Origin: Styela clava
Lineage: Eukaryota
Assembly (NCBI RefSeq): GCF_964204865.1
Contig: NC_135256.1
Coordinates: 23,994,001-24,058,000, forward strand
Length of the DNA stretch: 64,000 nucleotides
Direction of reading: 5' to 3'
Position numbers and translations under genes: made by a program. Positions 1-15,500 of this stretch are shown here, one piece after another. The notes below the pieces were generated by a model. That model saw nothing but the letters and a program-made list of their open reading frames with translations. It was not told where the DNA came from and searched no databases. The stretch's first letter is position 1. Every line of letters starts with the position of its first letter.

Positions 1-2656
1 TAACGTTTTAAACCTTATTTTAGGTTTTGTCTGCTTTCCCGAAGTTTCTGTTAATATGTCATTGTATTTATCTGGGTAAATATTGCCTTTCCTTTTGAAA
101 GAGGTTTCAAAATAAATTATGTCTATATTCATTAATCCCTTGACTTGGACTGGTTTTAAAGACACTTTCTTATCGTTAAAAATTGTCGATTTTGCCGATT
201 GGTTGTTACCGATGGAATGGTTTTTATACTCATAAAATGATGGGAGAACTTACAGCGCTCATCCTGTCCCCGTAGATGGGGATGACTTGGTCCCGCAGTA
301 GCTTGCCCCGGTTGTCAAAATGACCACGCGCCGCCACTGAGATTCACCATTATCATCATCAACCTAAAGCTTCCAAGTAACTTTTGATAGTGATCTATCA
401 AAAAAAATAGGCTAGTTTACAAAATGATGTATTCATGATATGATTGTTAGAATACTTTAATGGCTTAGTAATTCTTTTTAGTTTAGTTTAGTTAGCAATG
501 TTTTGGATAACTACTATCAATTATTCTGTATCTCTTTAAACTGGAATTAGATGTAACTGAATCGTGTCGTTCTTCAAATTCATATGGGCATACCATACAC
601 AGCTCAGTAATATATATAACATACGCACGCATGCTAGGAATTTAAAAAAATCTCCATTTAGAAAACTGCATGCTTTAAAAAATAGACATATATACAATAA
701 GTATTGGTTCCTCTATTTCTATTTACTTACATCAATAAGTCCTATTTTCGTACACAAAAAATCATAGCCCTCTTCCCGAATAGTTAATTCAACTGTATGC
801 ACGAGAAACGCGTGTGGAATGAAATATATTAACATTGGCGATATTCTCTGACGGAGGGGTACAAGCTGCAAATAATAACATAAAATCTGTAGATGTAATT
901 AAACAATTAAGATCAACTGTAATCAATTCTGTAATTGCCCACATGGCTTGTATTGGACCGCTGCACCAGACATCAATTTTTTGTTTACATTTGTAGATTA
1001 TCTTTCGGTACGATCAGCTGTATTTGGTATATAAAACCGTTTGAAGTTCAAATGTTGACTTCAGCTCAAATTTCGAGCTCGAATGAGAGATATTTAACAT
1101 TTTTAAAGTTGTAGATATTACTTTCTCTATATATACTTCAAGTTTATTTGGAAATACCAAAACTAGCATTAATGCGTGGAAGCTCTTGCAACAGATCTAA
1201 GCTTTTCATCAGAAAGAAGAATTTTATCAGATCGCTGCAGATTATTTACGTCCTTTATGAAACTGGTACCATATAGGTGCATATGAGTTCTATTTCATAA
1301 TACAAAACGAAGAAAAATATTATAAGAATGATAAAATTGTTACATATAATAACTTATATCATCTATACCCTTTGATTGAAATAAATTTACTATACGAGGG
1401 TTTAATTTTTGTTTAAATATTAAAGAATATTAATTGTTTGTGAAATTGGATATTAGTGGAAACACTTTTATTTCATTGCTGAGTATACATATACAAAAGG
1501 TTGTCTATTATCTACTCTTTAATTGTCTTGTTTAGCATTTTGGCCATTTTTATTAATATTTTTAACTTGTTAAACGGATTGTATTCAAAGTACACATTGT
1601 TATGTTGCAATGTCGAGCTTACTCGCGCTTACCTCCACTGCATAGTGTATAGCACTTCATGATGTTTCTGTTGGTATATCCGTAATATACTTGGGCGTCT
1701 TAAACAAATGTTTATTATACCCAAAGCAACCAGCATTGTCTCAGTCTCTAAACAAAAAATCACGCCATGATTCATGTGGCACAAAACAAAGAACAATAAA
1801 CCATAAAAGCAGTGCTGTCCTGCCTAAAACTCTTCTTATGACTATTGGCTGGTTGGTTATTGGGCGATTTTATAATAGGAATAAGATTTATTTCTTGCAC
1901 ATATTAGGAATGCAACTTTGAGCAAGTAAGGATGACTAAATTGATGGTGTTTTGTAATAGTTTCTAACTGAAAGTGCTTTGATTGCTAGCAATCTATCTT
2001 TGGAAAAATTCTATGAAAATATACCACACAAGTGTTGTCCTTGTTGGTGTATATTTGAAACCAAACAACTCAGCTTTGTGGTATGATGGTGAATATATTC
2101 AAGATTGCGCCTTTCTGGTGTGGTTATGGACCAATTTTGCTCCCTTTTTTCCACCACCTCTTCTCTGCAAATGAGATTAATTTGTGCCTACCATTTTTAA
2201 CAGGTATGACCAAACAGTTATTGAACGCTTAAATATGGAAACGAAATTATGCTACAGCATCTGTAAAATCGACTTATTGCTTCCCTTGGTTTCCTGTATA
2301 TCATTTGGTGAGACGCATCATTAAGGAGATTCTTCACATTTCCATTTCAAACTGAAAAGTTTTCTTTCAAAAAATGAATTCAAGAGCTTCCCCGGCAAGT
2401 AAAATTATATTGAAAATCATATCGTGGTGACATTTTTATTCTAAATATATGCCAATAAATTGATCCTCAATTTTCCCAATTCCAGATAAATTCAGGACAA
2501 CGTTAATGAACAGTTGAATTGTACAATGGAATGTTCAAAAACAAAGGAAAGTGTAAAAAAAATACCAATATTCGATAAGTGAAAAGAAAGATATAAAAAC
2601 TGCAAGTAAGTTTAGATAATAAACAAAAGGGAACAAATAAGGTACATGGATACAAC

Positions 2657-5600
2657 CTAAACATAAACTTCTACTTCTTCCTCCACAGCATCTTGCGACT
2701 TTCTATTTTTTGAAGATGACCTATATCGATGATTATTACTATATTGTTTATTATGGTTAGGAGTCCTAGATGACGACTTTGGTCTGGATTTTTGACGTGG
2801 TTGTAGCGTTCCGTCGCTTTTTCGGCGGACATCTTTTTTAAACTTGGCGCGTCTGTAAAAATTTGTATTTTCTGGTTCATCGCTTGATTCGGATATCCGC
2901 GAAGTCCAACTTGAAGATCCAGATTTAGAAGTGTGTCTAGGATTGGGCAATGTGTTGGTGGAACCAAATGCAGATTCGTAAGATGACCCTGAAAATACTC
3001 TTGGTGTATAAGCTCCAAAACGCCGGGGCCTTCTTTCAGGCGAGTTCGACGAACTAGAACCAGGCGATAGAGAGCTGGTAGTACGAGAACCAAAACGCGA
3101 TCGGCCTGTTGGGTTTGTATATAACGTTGGGGTCAACAATGGCATTCTAGCTGGCAGCTCAGGTTCTATAAAACTATCTAATCGTTCTAGGGAAAATTCG
3201 TTGTCTTCATCACTACTGTGTTTCACTTCAGAAGGCGACGCCACGGCGTCATCAAGTGGATGAATTTCTCTTTCGCATTGAGAACTTGATGTATCGCTAA
3301 CAGACGGAACATGGCATATTTGCAGCAGCAGCGAATTTCCGTCGTGGTCTTTTGTTTGCCATCTAATGTCACTTATAGGCTTACAAGCGTGTGGCAACAG
3401 CGGCACCAAATGTCCGACTTTGTGAACTTTGAACTGTAGAATAGAAGAACCCAACGGAACGGGACGCTGGTTGGGGGCCAGTCTTTTTAATGCAAACTGA
3501 ATGTCAGTGTTTTCGCCGTAATAGATTGTGAAAAAACAAAAATCGTCGCGCAATGTCACTTCATGTCGTCGAAGCAGTAGACGATAAAATTCGACTTGAT
3601 CGATCCACGAGGCAGAGCTAACGAACAACGTGTAACGAAGGTGCTGTTTTCCATAGTGAACCTCTCTCACTGCCATGAGAGGAAAATCGGTCGTGGTTAT
3701 TTGCTTTTTTTTTCTCCCCCTCGACCTCTCTCTTAACTCATCTGTTGTTTCCTCCACCAAGTTGACGAAAGTATCCGCATCATTATAAGCACCCATCAAG
3801 TTTCTCCTTCGCGATATTTTTGATGTGTCGATAACGTCGCCATATAGCCTCGTAACATCGCGATCAGGTTGATACTCGTAGAAGTCCTGCGAGTTGGTTT
3901 GGCATTGCGTAATGCCTTTTGAAACGTTTGCCCTGAAAAATATAAAACTCATTGAAATAGTGCTTTGTTGATAGACAGCAAAATTAACCACAAAACTGTA
4001 CTACTGTTCAGTTTTGAAGAAAACGACGAAATCTTTTTCATCGTGTTAGAATTGTACTATATGCCTTGTACACGAACTGTGCATCTGAATTGTTTTGCTG
4101 AATACTGTAATTACTATTGGGGCAATTGTTGCCTATATTCCCAATATGAAAAAAAAATCTCTATTTTATATTTGGTATTCCTATATGACTACTGCCCGAT
4201 ATATATATCGGATATCTATCCTAAGTTTTATTTTGAATTATGGGAACAATTTAGTTTATCACGCTTAACCTTTTCGGTGAACTCGTTGTTTAGCTAGGTC
4301 CCTAACGGTACCTATGGAGTCGACCATGTATTTGAACATTGTCTGTTCGTTGTAAATGTGTTTATAATCGTCTATCGGCATGACATTTCTCCCTGACACA
4401 TGCAAATGATTTATATAACATACACATATTTACTATTAGCAAAAATGCGTTACGACATTTGCATTAACCGTTTGTAAAAAGGAATTCGATAGAAGATAAA
4501 GCCAGGGGTCGCCAACAGGGCATAAGCAAGTTATGTGATTTCAATTTATCGGAATAGATCATAGGTATATAAGCATCCATTTAACGTTAAAATTATGCGC
4601 GAAACCGAACAATTTTTTATGTGTGTTACAAATTTTTTTTGTGTGTTACAAATTTCTTTATGCGCTATAATGGTGGAACAAGTACTGGTACAATTATTTG
4701 TGTTTACTTTGAGCTTGTCGACAAAATTGTTGGGAATTGGTTGCTCGTCGTATTGTGTCACAGGCGGCTATAAGATTAAACCTTTGCGTGGCATCGTATT
4801 TCATGAGAACCATTATTATATTATAATCAATTACATAATTTAACATTCTATCAATACTGAACAGGCGTTTGTTTTTTGTTGTTTGTAATCTTACACGGGT
4901 AGGAATGTTTAATGCTCTTATTTGCGTTTTGATTGCTGGTGTCGAACAAATTGTGGCGCAATAACCGTTTGTTATGGAGTATATTTTCAAATTCGCGATA
5001 GTTTCATCTCGGATATCTCATCTTGACGGGAATGAGTGTAATTTTTTCCAATGCATATGTTCATAACATCTAAAAACCTGTGTCTCGCAATCGTTACAAC
5101 TAGCATTTCGAATATATTTTTCCGTGATATCTTTCAAGATGATCTCCATGTTACATTCATATTTTGTTTAGCCTCTACTGGCTGTTAAGGCTAATCTCCA
5201 TAAACAGAGATGATCATTAAAAGTTAAATCATACTTGTGATGGAATTCCCATGGCCAAGTTTCCAGTTGTTTTCTTGCTTCTAATGCAGTTTCTGCCATT
5301 TCAAAATCAAATATCTGTTTCCTGAACCCGATATCTTTTTCTCGAAGTTCGATATGACTTTGCTCATTCTCTTCACTTTCTTTTAGAATTTCATCATAAC
5401 GAAGAAATGGCGATGTGACATTCGAACTTGGCACTTTTCTGTTATTATTATCCCATTTTTGGTCCTCACAAATAATAAACGGAGTGTGCCTTCCGTGTGT
5501 GACGTCATTACCTTTGACGTCTAACATGTTTCCGAAATCGCGTTCTACATTGAACACATCGGATCTGCCATTCCACATGTGATTTAACAATAAATCGGGT

Positions 5601-8600
5601 TTACTAAATCCGTTTAATCGATGTGCAGCTGTTTTTCGGTGTTTAGTTGTTTGATGGTGTTGCTGATCACCGTTGAAAAATAGTACGGTTGCGAGGCAGG
5701 GAATCTCGACGTCTGATGACGGTATCTGAATAGAATTGATAATGCAAAGTTTGTTTTAAGTGTCGAAACGACAAAAATGATCATATTTTATGTTGCATCT
5801 TGCGTGTCTGTCACATACCTTAAATTTGCGCATTGGTGCTTATATGACTTTGAGGGTTGACATGGATGGCTATGAGTAAAAAGGGCAACGCGTGCATCGA
5901 AGATATAATTTATAAAAATAGTAAAAAGTAAGAATGAAGATACAAGTTTGGGCAGATGCACAAAGGTATGCATCTTAACTGTTTGTTATCTGTAAAAGGA
6001 AATTGTTATGGTCTTCTGATTCATTTTAAAAACCTGATGATATGCCTATCATTCAAATATTTCGTTATGTGATGGATATATGTTTCTGAAAATAACAGTA
6101 TGTAACATAAAACTGTCTGTGGTCCGGAAATACTGATCATTATATCAGAAATGCAATCTTGCTAATACACAGTCGTCACAAAAATATCCCAATATGCCGT
6201 CGATACTGATCTATCTTTCAAAATATTCCCGATAAAACGATAATTAAGTCTTATAGAAGAAAACTGGAAGTAATTTTATGATGGTCGTGACGTTAACCTT
6301 TATAGGTATTTCATGATTAACAATAGCACTTGGCGCCATTTATACTAGCTCGTCGTCTGTTTAATGATATTTACAACTGAGTAAATTCTCCACGACTGCT
6401 CACCGCCATCTAATTATAACCAATTAAATACAGTACCAAAACACCCATCATAAAAACCAAAGAGCATTAAGTTATAATCACTGAGCTGAACGAAAGAAGT
6501 GAGAATAACAAGCATCATTTTTGTAAGTGTTATGGCAATAGAATAAAAACAATGTCATTTCCATCACGAGTTCTTTCTTGTGACACCCTTCTGCGTCTAT
6601 CGCAATTTTTGACAATATACGCATGGACCTTATGTCCTTTATAGTCCTCTCGAAAGTCTAGATTTTACTTTTTATTGAAGTACGTTTAACAAGACAGTCA
6701 AGTGCTCTTAATTGACGACGACACTTTAATTTGGGTTTCTAAATTTAACTGTCACCAGCAAAAAAATGAAAATATCGGCGTTAATTTGTATTCCGTTTTA
6801 AAGGATTACTCAAATTCAAAGGTCTTTGTTCGCCATCAGAGGAGTCAATTATTAGTGTTTTATATTACTCGAGGCGCCATTTTCGAAGAATAACAATGAA
6901 ATTACGAAAGGCATCAGAGTTGTGTAGCATTTTTTGTAGAATTATTTTCAATCAAATTGGCTTAACTTAGTAACATTAAAGTATCGAAAACTACCATTTT
7001 TAATGATCATCAATACCAACACTTCCGACCGTTTCGTTCAACTCTTTTGTTCTATTTTATGTTTGACATTTAAAAAAAATATCAGTGTAAATGACAATAA
7101 ATATGTTGGATTATACTCTGTGATAACCATTTTTGCAGTGAATGAACGACTAACTATATATATATATATCGAATCTGATGGGTTACTAATTGAGGTATCT
7201 AAATCTCATTTTAATATAGTAGCCATAACAAATCTTTAATACTAGGAATAAAATCGCCAGCAAAAATATTTTCCGTATTACTGGAAGGCGTTTTTACAGA
7301 AATATATAGCATATATAGAAACAATGTCAAAACGTCATAATCGCAAGAGTCGCATGTCGGATTATACCGGTCAGTTACTGGAACGCCTTATGTTGTAATA
7401 TTACGGATTAATTTACCGTATCATATTAATTACATATTATCGGTATGTACAAATTTATTTTGCTGGCGAAATCCGTCTGATTTATTGAATAGCTCTTGGA
7501 GGAAATTAGTAATTATCTCAACGCTTCCTATTTTCAATTAAGATACTGTACTCAGATAAGAATGGTATAACAATTAGATTTCCATAAAATGTTCACTATC
7601 ACTCCAAATCCAAACAAAATCTTAAAATTTTCTAGAAGGGAATAATTATTTAAACAGTTACCTTTGAGAATTTCCCTGCAATCTCCCGAATTTCGTTCTT
7701 GTCTGATACGCATATGACTTGGAGATCGGAATCCAACATGTCCACCATTCCTTGATAATGTTTTCTTACACTGCTCGTAGATTCGGGTTCCGTTAATAAA
7801 TGTACACTTACAATTAAAGGGTCATCGTCCAAAGAACTGCAGTCTTCACCTGTTTAAAATAAAACACCTGAATAAACGATGAAGAGCTAAATAACATTAA
7901 AATAAATTTATTCAATAGAAGTTTTTATGTCTGAAGTCGCATAATATATCCAAATGGCAATGAAAAGGTAGCCTGTTCAGAACTCAGTGCGACGAAGTTC
8001 GTCTATAAATATGTAATAAACGAAGTTTTTTGTCACGTTTTGTCATATTTGAGTAACGGCGCTCGTTAATAATGAAGCTAACAGAAACAACATTTTTAAT
8101 TGAGTCAATATTATTTTATTTTGTTTTATAGCAGCTTTATAAAATCCACGGGGTCATGAGTATGTTCATTGTCTATTACTCAGCAATATCTCCCATCTAT
8201 TTGATGAGGAGTTATTATTATATTCTTTTCGTATACTTGCAGACTTAAGCTGTTGCTTAGCATTCTTTTCAATTACCTTAATAAAGGTGTCATTTTCTCA
8301 ATAGAACCCAATCTTCTTGAGATTTTATTGAGAATAATTCCCGATAATTCCACTTGGTAGTTTGTACAAGATTTCAAGTGACTTTCTTGTCTACAGTGGG
8401 TTTTACAAATATAAATTGTCTATTTTTACCGCGTAATATACACCGTGAACTAATATTACTCTGTTCTAAGACTCTCAAATATTTATGAAATGTCTAATTA
8501 TGTTTATTCGAGAGGCAGCGCTCTGCGTAATCAAACGAAATGTACCGAGCCTATAAAGTTATACATCGTACATCAATTCATTTGGTTTAATTTTGTGCGC

Positions 8601-9501
8601 TTACAATGATTAAAATATACAATGGATTTTGGAGATATAATATCTCAGACCTTGTTGAAAATTTGTATCAATTCGTTTCCTATTATTCGTGTTTATGGGC
8701 AGTGCAGTTTTGTAAACGTGGGAGAACATGCAAAAAGCTTTATGATGAAAAGGGAATCTGTAAAAGTTCGCCCATTTTCCAAGTATATTGAAGCCGGGGC
8801 CAGTAAATATTTTAAAATAGCGTTCATGAACGGCAAATTTTTCCCATAAATAAAATATATTTGTGTTAGTGTGCAGCAAGACACTTGAATCACTCAGAAA
8901 AAAGGGAAGCCTGCTGCCAAAATCTAATAGATGTGCATTAATTGAACGGAGTTGTGAACGAATTGTAAAATAAGAAGGTGTAATGCACAGGTTGGGATCG
9001 ACTTCGTTTAAACTTTACCTATTAGCTAATATATTCATTTTTAAAATAAATCTTGAAACGGAATATGAAATTTATGCCGGTATTCGCCAGGAAGTTTTGA
9101 AATTCAGAAGATATTACATTACATTTGAGCTCGCGCCCAATTAATATGATATAACTTCAAGTTTATACGGATATCACAAAATTTTTACATACGCATATTC
9201 AAGTCGCTATCGAAAATTTTTCTTCTTGGAAGCAGTACACCTATCATAGTTTCATAGGTAACTTAACCTTATCGTAAATTGATATTTATAATTTTTGGCA
9301 GAGAATATTATCATGTTAATCTCATTTGCAATAAATGTCCAATTATTCATTGCCCAATACCTCATTTTGCATTACAAATCTTTTTATTTAGCATTTTCGG
9401 AGCCGTCAAAAAGTTTGCATGAAAATAGAACAATTTTACTTACTGCTATCTGTTGATCCTGCTCCCCAGCGTTGCCTCGTCATGATGTCGTTTGGTCTCA
9501 T
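2657..9501 (-). CDS. FAM124A: FAM124 family protein (~670 aa); coding exons 9501-9444, 7849-7662, 5725-5235, 3932-2657
   Basis: Four exons join in frame through canonical GT-AG sites (phases 1, 0, 2). Motifs DPLIVSVHLL, PCLATVLFF, WPWEFHHK, SQDFY, AVREVHYGK, FYRLLLRR, DFCFFTIY, DIQFALKRL and LVPLLPHACKPISDIRWQTKDHDGN match the FAM124 domain as I recall it from vertebrate FAM124A/B. An acceptor before 9508 implies a further upstream (UTR or coding) exon. A vs B orthology cannot be resolved. Confidence 0.88.
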
Positions 9502-12500
9502 GCGTCGTCTGAACAAGAAACAATGCAACGTGTACAATACAGGATAAAATTTCAGGAAAAATCTTGAACGACGCACATTTTGCAGGAAAATTAGTTTGTA
9601 CCAGACATATATTTCATTAAATCTTTTTTTATATTAAGATATTCTTTTATGGTATCGCGTTACCATTCCTATTTCAGATAAAGACTGTATTGTTTACTTT
9701 ACATTTAAATATTAATATATAACTTATTTTTCATCTAATCTTATTATACACATTGCTGGTTGGATAAAGATAACTGTTGCTCTATCTAAAGTGACTACTT
9801 GGTCGAACGGACAGTATTAATCGCTTCAAATGTCGTTAAATTTCATCGACATTTTCTGATATTTTCCATAGTGTATATTCGGCAGAGCGACAAAGATCGA
9901 ATTTCATTTTTGGTGTCGTATGCGAACAACGACCACGATGTAAAGGTTCACGGTAACGGAATTCAATACGTTGTGGTATTACAACGACAGAAGTTATTAA
10001 TAAACTTCACATATATGGTTGCATTTCATCAATTTTATTGATAACTACTGCCTGTCGAGCAAATACCTTGGTGACAAAATTAAATTATGCCGGCGCCGTT
10101 ATTAATCTCACACCTCAAATTGCAGAATATTGCCATTTAGAAAAAATGCATAATTATACAAAAATCATTTCATATTGCGCCAAACTAAGAACATTTAGTA
10201 CTAAACTTAGTATAAACCTTTTACTTAGTCAATCGACTTAGCCATTACCTCCAGCAGTGGTGCAAATTTTTATCAGTAAATACTCACGACTGTACCCAAT
10301 AATCGAAACAGATGAAAAAAGTAATGGGTGTATATTATGTATAATTATGTCTCCATATATCGATAATGGTAATTCCGCACAAATTGATACCGGTACCTAG
10401 TACATGCTGTATACGCACCTTCGAGAAGTATTTTGAGACAAATTTTCTTTCTTATCTCCGCAATTTGGATCTTTTTGTTCAGTTTTGTGTGTCGTTCTGG
10501 TGTTATTTTTTGATCGGCGTCATATTATCGAGTTATTACATTTCTAAATCGTTATCATTGTTGATCTGTGACATCAAAGTACATTTTACACAAAGTTCAA
10601 TTTTGAATGAGAGAATAAATTTCATAATTTTTCATCAGGTTAACAATTGTAACTTTATACATTGATGTATTTATATATTACTTCAATTCCGATAATAGAT
10701 CGAATCTACCCCCATCAACAAATCATTGTTTTCAGGCATTTGTATCTATACTTCTTCGATCCTATATATACATCCTTATCGTCATATGGTATTATACATT
10801 GTACGGCGGTGTATTAAAGTCAGAGAATATGATCCAACACCCATCCATAGATTCCTTATTTGCCGCGTGCGACACTATTTATATATTCCGAATAAAAACT
10901 ATTACGCACATCAGTTATTGGCGTTAGCCTTATTCAGTATTTTTGAGACCTTGTTGTTTTTGAAGCTAACAAAATTACAGTCGAACAATGCAGCATTCGT
11001 ATTGACACAGACTAGCTGTCCGTATTTGTTCTTCACTCTTTCGGTTTTCCTATACCAAATATAAAATGGCTTTGTTCAGTTATCACTACGATATACAGTT
11101 CATTTCATATCGATAAAACGATAATCTTTCGCACAAACAGCATAGAATTTTCCCTCAACAACCTCACATGAAATCAACTAAACTGCTAAATGATTATTGT
11201 GGTATTTCAAACTAAGACACCAGATTTCCAATCCTTGTCTTGCTACTGACACGATATTGCTTCGCATTTGTTAAAAGTTCCATTAAACACGCCAACGAAA
11301 TCGCCAACTGGAACGACAAAAGTAGCGACATGCCATTTACCATAAGGATGTCAGTGGCGTTATAAAGTAATTTACATTTTTGAATGAAGGAAAATTTTCT
11401 AATAAAGTTCAACAAAAGTGTTTGTTTCCTATTAGCAACAATCTTTGTTATAAGAATTTGTTCATTTAGCAAATATTCCACTATTTACCTGACAGGTTTG
11501 AGCCGGTTCCAGATGAGACCGGTCACAAGCGTCACCTCTGACGCAAAATCACTGCTTTACTTGGAAAAAAATCTAACATTTTCTAATTAATTTATTATCA
11601 ATTTTTTCAAATCTTATGACAATCAAAACAAACAAAATAATACTGATTCACCTTAGTTCAGTACCGTAATAATAATATCAAAACTTAATTAGTATTCTTT
11701 TGTTAATAAATTTTAGATGGACGTTTGAGCCTCAAGCTATTATATGACCTCTATCTTTGGTGCTACAAACTTTACTTTTGCAGATTTTTTATGACGCATT
11801 ATTTGCTTTGGTTTTCAGATATGAAATACAGAACCCGTTTTATAGCACACCGTCTTTAAACACACCCGTTAAATAACTACGTACCAATGAATAAGCCGTA
11901 CGACCAACATTTTATAACATTTGGCTTTTTAAATTAAGATTACGTCGCGTGGTAGAGCGGATTTTTCGCGCACAATTAAAACATTTGAATCGCTCATAGG
12001 ACTGATATGTCTAGGCTAGAGAGTCAATACTAAACGGCAATATACTAATAGATTCTTGTTAATAATCGATGTTTAATCGATAAATATGTTTAATGTTGAT
12101 TCAAAATAAAGCTCCTAAGTTTGCTAAAAATGACATATATATTTTATTGTATATATATTTTGCCATTGCTTGTTTTCTGGTTGACGAAACAAGAAATCTC
12201 TCTCTTCTCTCTCTTATAGCGTTTTAGTGTCACCCCCAATCATTATCAATAAACAAATTCCAACGATTTCCCAACAAGAAATAAAATGCAAATGATTCCT
12301 ATAATCCTCTCAGCATTCGGAACGAGTTCAAATTGTCCGAATTAGGCTCACGTCGGCCAAAAAGTCATCTCGTACAAAGGCTATATGAAATGCCACAATT
12401 GTATTTGGTTACTACGACTGACGCCTGGAGCTATGAGATGTTATGACACAGATTTCCGCGGATTATTGTTAGAATATTTTAAAATTCATTTTATATTAGT

Positions 12501-15500
12501 TTTTAGAAAACAAAAATATTTCAATTAAAATTTTTTCGGTAAGTGACTGTGTATGTCTGAATTCCTTTTTAGCAAACAGCGAATGATCATTACAACATTG
12601 AAAACTCAATTCTAACTGATTGCCACAAGCCCAACAAATAAAGCTTCCTACAAAATCAATAGTCTTCCTGTCATATATATCGGACTCTGTTTTTAAACTA
12701 GGCAGTAGATTTGCATGACCATGTTACTCATGACATAGCCTAGGCCAAGCAAGTTCAATGATATTTTACAAATCAGACTCAGGTCAATCTTGACCAACTA
12801 TCTTTATAGAAATACACCAACAAGCCAAATTTCAATTATTTATGTTTACGTGAAATCAGGAAGACATATGCTAGACAGCCTAAGTGCTACATTTACAAAA
12901 AAACGCGCTTCTCAACTGTCGGGCCATCTTTAACGAATAAAACTTTTTTCTCGCGAAAATTAGGAAAATTAATTACAGTGTTCGGCAGCAATAATTGTAT
13001 CTTAGTCATATATCCTATTTATACCTAATTAAGCCAAGTAAATTATATCCATGTCAAATTTTCCAATATTAAATCAAATTTTCTTAATTGTATGGTTTAA
13101 AATATGTATCTTATTTTTAAACAAAAAAATTGACTATTGGTAATGCCAATGTACAGCGAATAGACTGGTCATGCCGAAAAAAAGATTTTGCTCGAAAGGT
13201 GTTATTATATAAATTAGCGAAAATTATCCAACATAGTCTATAAAATGTCTGTTTAATTGCCACTCTGAATGACATTACAAGCCATCTTACGCATTTATAT
13301 CGTGCTCACCATAATCGTCTTTAAGTTCAACAGTCTGATCTCAAAATACTGATGAACTCGGTTAATTGAGACCGACTCTGTGTCGCTGGGAAAAAAATAA
13401 ATATTAACAAAATGTTGCAATTGTCTGCATCCCGAAAGTTTTAATACATTCTATAATTTTTTTCATTTTAAACGATAGAGTCAATACGAAATAAATTCTC
13501 GTGATTAAGAGCGTAATTCAAAACTTGACCATCTATACTCATTCATTAGTATATTATAATTTTGATAAAGTGAAAATATCATTACAATCCAAGTATCTCT
13601 CGTGAAACATTTTGATACATTTATGTTGTATAGTAGGACACAACAAACACGTGGTTGGAAGTCATCAACCACTATAAATAAACATTTTCGTTGAAGCTAG
13701 ACCACCGCGAAGATTGACGGAATATAAAACTACACAAAACTAATTCGTGATTAAGCGTAACATTCTGTGTAATAATTCTTGCCAACATTTTGTCACTGAG
13801 CAACTGCAACCATTCTATTTTGATTTGCGGTCTAATGAGACTAATTTTAAAGCTTACATTTCGGTTTATCTCATTGACGTTGACCAAGGCCTGCTTTAGG
13901 TCACTGCTACCTGTGCGACCGCGTGTTGTGTCTGTCGCATTTTCCATAGGCTCGCTCTTAAAGTTAAGGCAATCTGGTGCTGACTGTATTCTATGATTAG
14001 TTTACAAACAAGAATTCAAAATATACACCCTCACCTAAGTTGCCTCCTAAAGTCAACTTTCCGGATACCGACAGTCTGTTTCACAAAGTTTATTATCATT
14101 TACAGCTTCCTCTCTGCCTTTCGACACATTTGTCGTAATTCTTTCTCGCTTTGCTGCCTGATAAAACGATACTTCATGTTCGAGACCTTAGGCAATGATC
14201 GAATGCTGAACGCAATTACTTTTTACAGCAGTGATTCGAATGTGGTTACAACCCTCGTCTAATAGCAGGTCACATAGCTATTACGACATCGTTCCCAGAC
14301 GCAAAGCCCAAAACGACGTCTATCTCGAAAGTTTGAACTATGATTACAATTTATAATGGCAGCCTTACACCATTGTTTGTCCATGCTTTGGTACCATACT
14401 ATAAGTGGCTAAGGCGACAATGAAGTGCAGGCTTTTCTAAGGCGTCTTGAAAAATAAATAAAAAAGTCTGAAATAAACATAACCGGTATATACACGCTCG
14501 GAACGTTATATAGCCCAACTTTATTGTTACGAAGCTGTCAAACCAGTGAACCTACAGGAACACCTTCACGACAACTGCGCGGCCACATTACAAACAATGA
14601 GCGGATTAGCCTTGTTGTAGGTCCATCCCTATATGAACAGTAATATAACAGCATATGTCGGTACAAAGCGTTCCAACAAAAAGATTGATAGTATTCAAAA
14701 AATAACCAATTTCAAATAATATCAAACTATTTTCCTTTTATTTTTAGTCGTAAATGCTTATCTTATAAATGCTTTGGGAATACCTAACATAAATTACTTT
14801 CGAAACTCACAGGTTAGGAAAAAACGTTTAAAGCGCGTCAAGTTAGAAATAATTGACTATAAAATAATAAACAACAAATTTATCCCCAGTCAACAAAATC
14901 GTTTTTAAAGTACCTCGCGAGGAATAAGATTCAATATGCATAAACTATATAGGCGAATGAGTATTTCTTCAATTCAAAGGTTATATTATTTTCGTGCGAA
15001 TACATTTCAACACATAATATTTTGATCTAAAATACATATTTTGATCTGATCGGTATTATTACATAGAAACTACTTAAATCTGGTTGAGATTTTAATCTGG
15101 GAGTTCGACAATTTTCTTTTTAGGCATATGGCGAAATGTCATATTCTTGTCCGGTCATGAACAGTTGTGACTAGAAAACATGTTTATGTAACACTGAAAA
15201 GAGAAAAGATGCTGAAATTGACGTTCAAATTACAATAAAATGCTGACACATGGAAACCGCATTCTGGGTCAAAAATAACAACAACTTTAATGGACATGTA
15301 AAAACTTCACGAGAAGTACCAGTGTGATGACTGTGTCCACAAAATGAAATAAGACATCGCTATATGAAACCTACATTCAAGCCCCAGCAAAAATCTTTAT
15401 ATTTATCAATCAACCAATAGGATATCTTCTTGCATACACTCAATTAAATTAGCAATATTGACGTTCGGCAATATGTTGTTTGAACGATCTTAAGTTATAA

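Noticed and set aside
1-339. Possible TE end (...GCGCCGCCACTG) at the window start
   Set aside because: The partner end would lie outside the window and no TSD can be tested.
2671-3093. 140-aa alternative-frame ORF in FAM124, and similar shadow ORFs over ASF1, the helicase and the PTB gene (e.g. 33338-33718, 55516-56028)
   Set aside because: These are frame or antisense shadows of real coding sequence, mostly with non-ATG starts.
8606-8893. Overlapping 61-89 aa ORFs inside a FAM124 intron
   Set aside because: No recognisable motif or splice support; consistent with chance.
13858-13947. Candidate upstream coding exon of FAM124 (MENATDTTRGRTGSSDLKQALVNVNEINRN|GTAAGC)
   Set aside because: The donor is good but phase 0, whereas the exon starting at 9508 needs phase 2. 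I could not build a consistent chain, so it is left out of the model.
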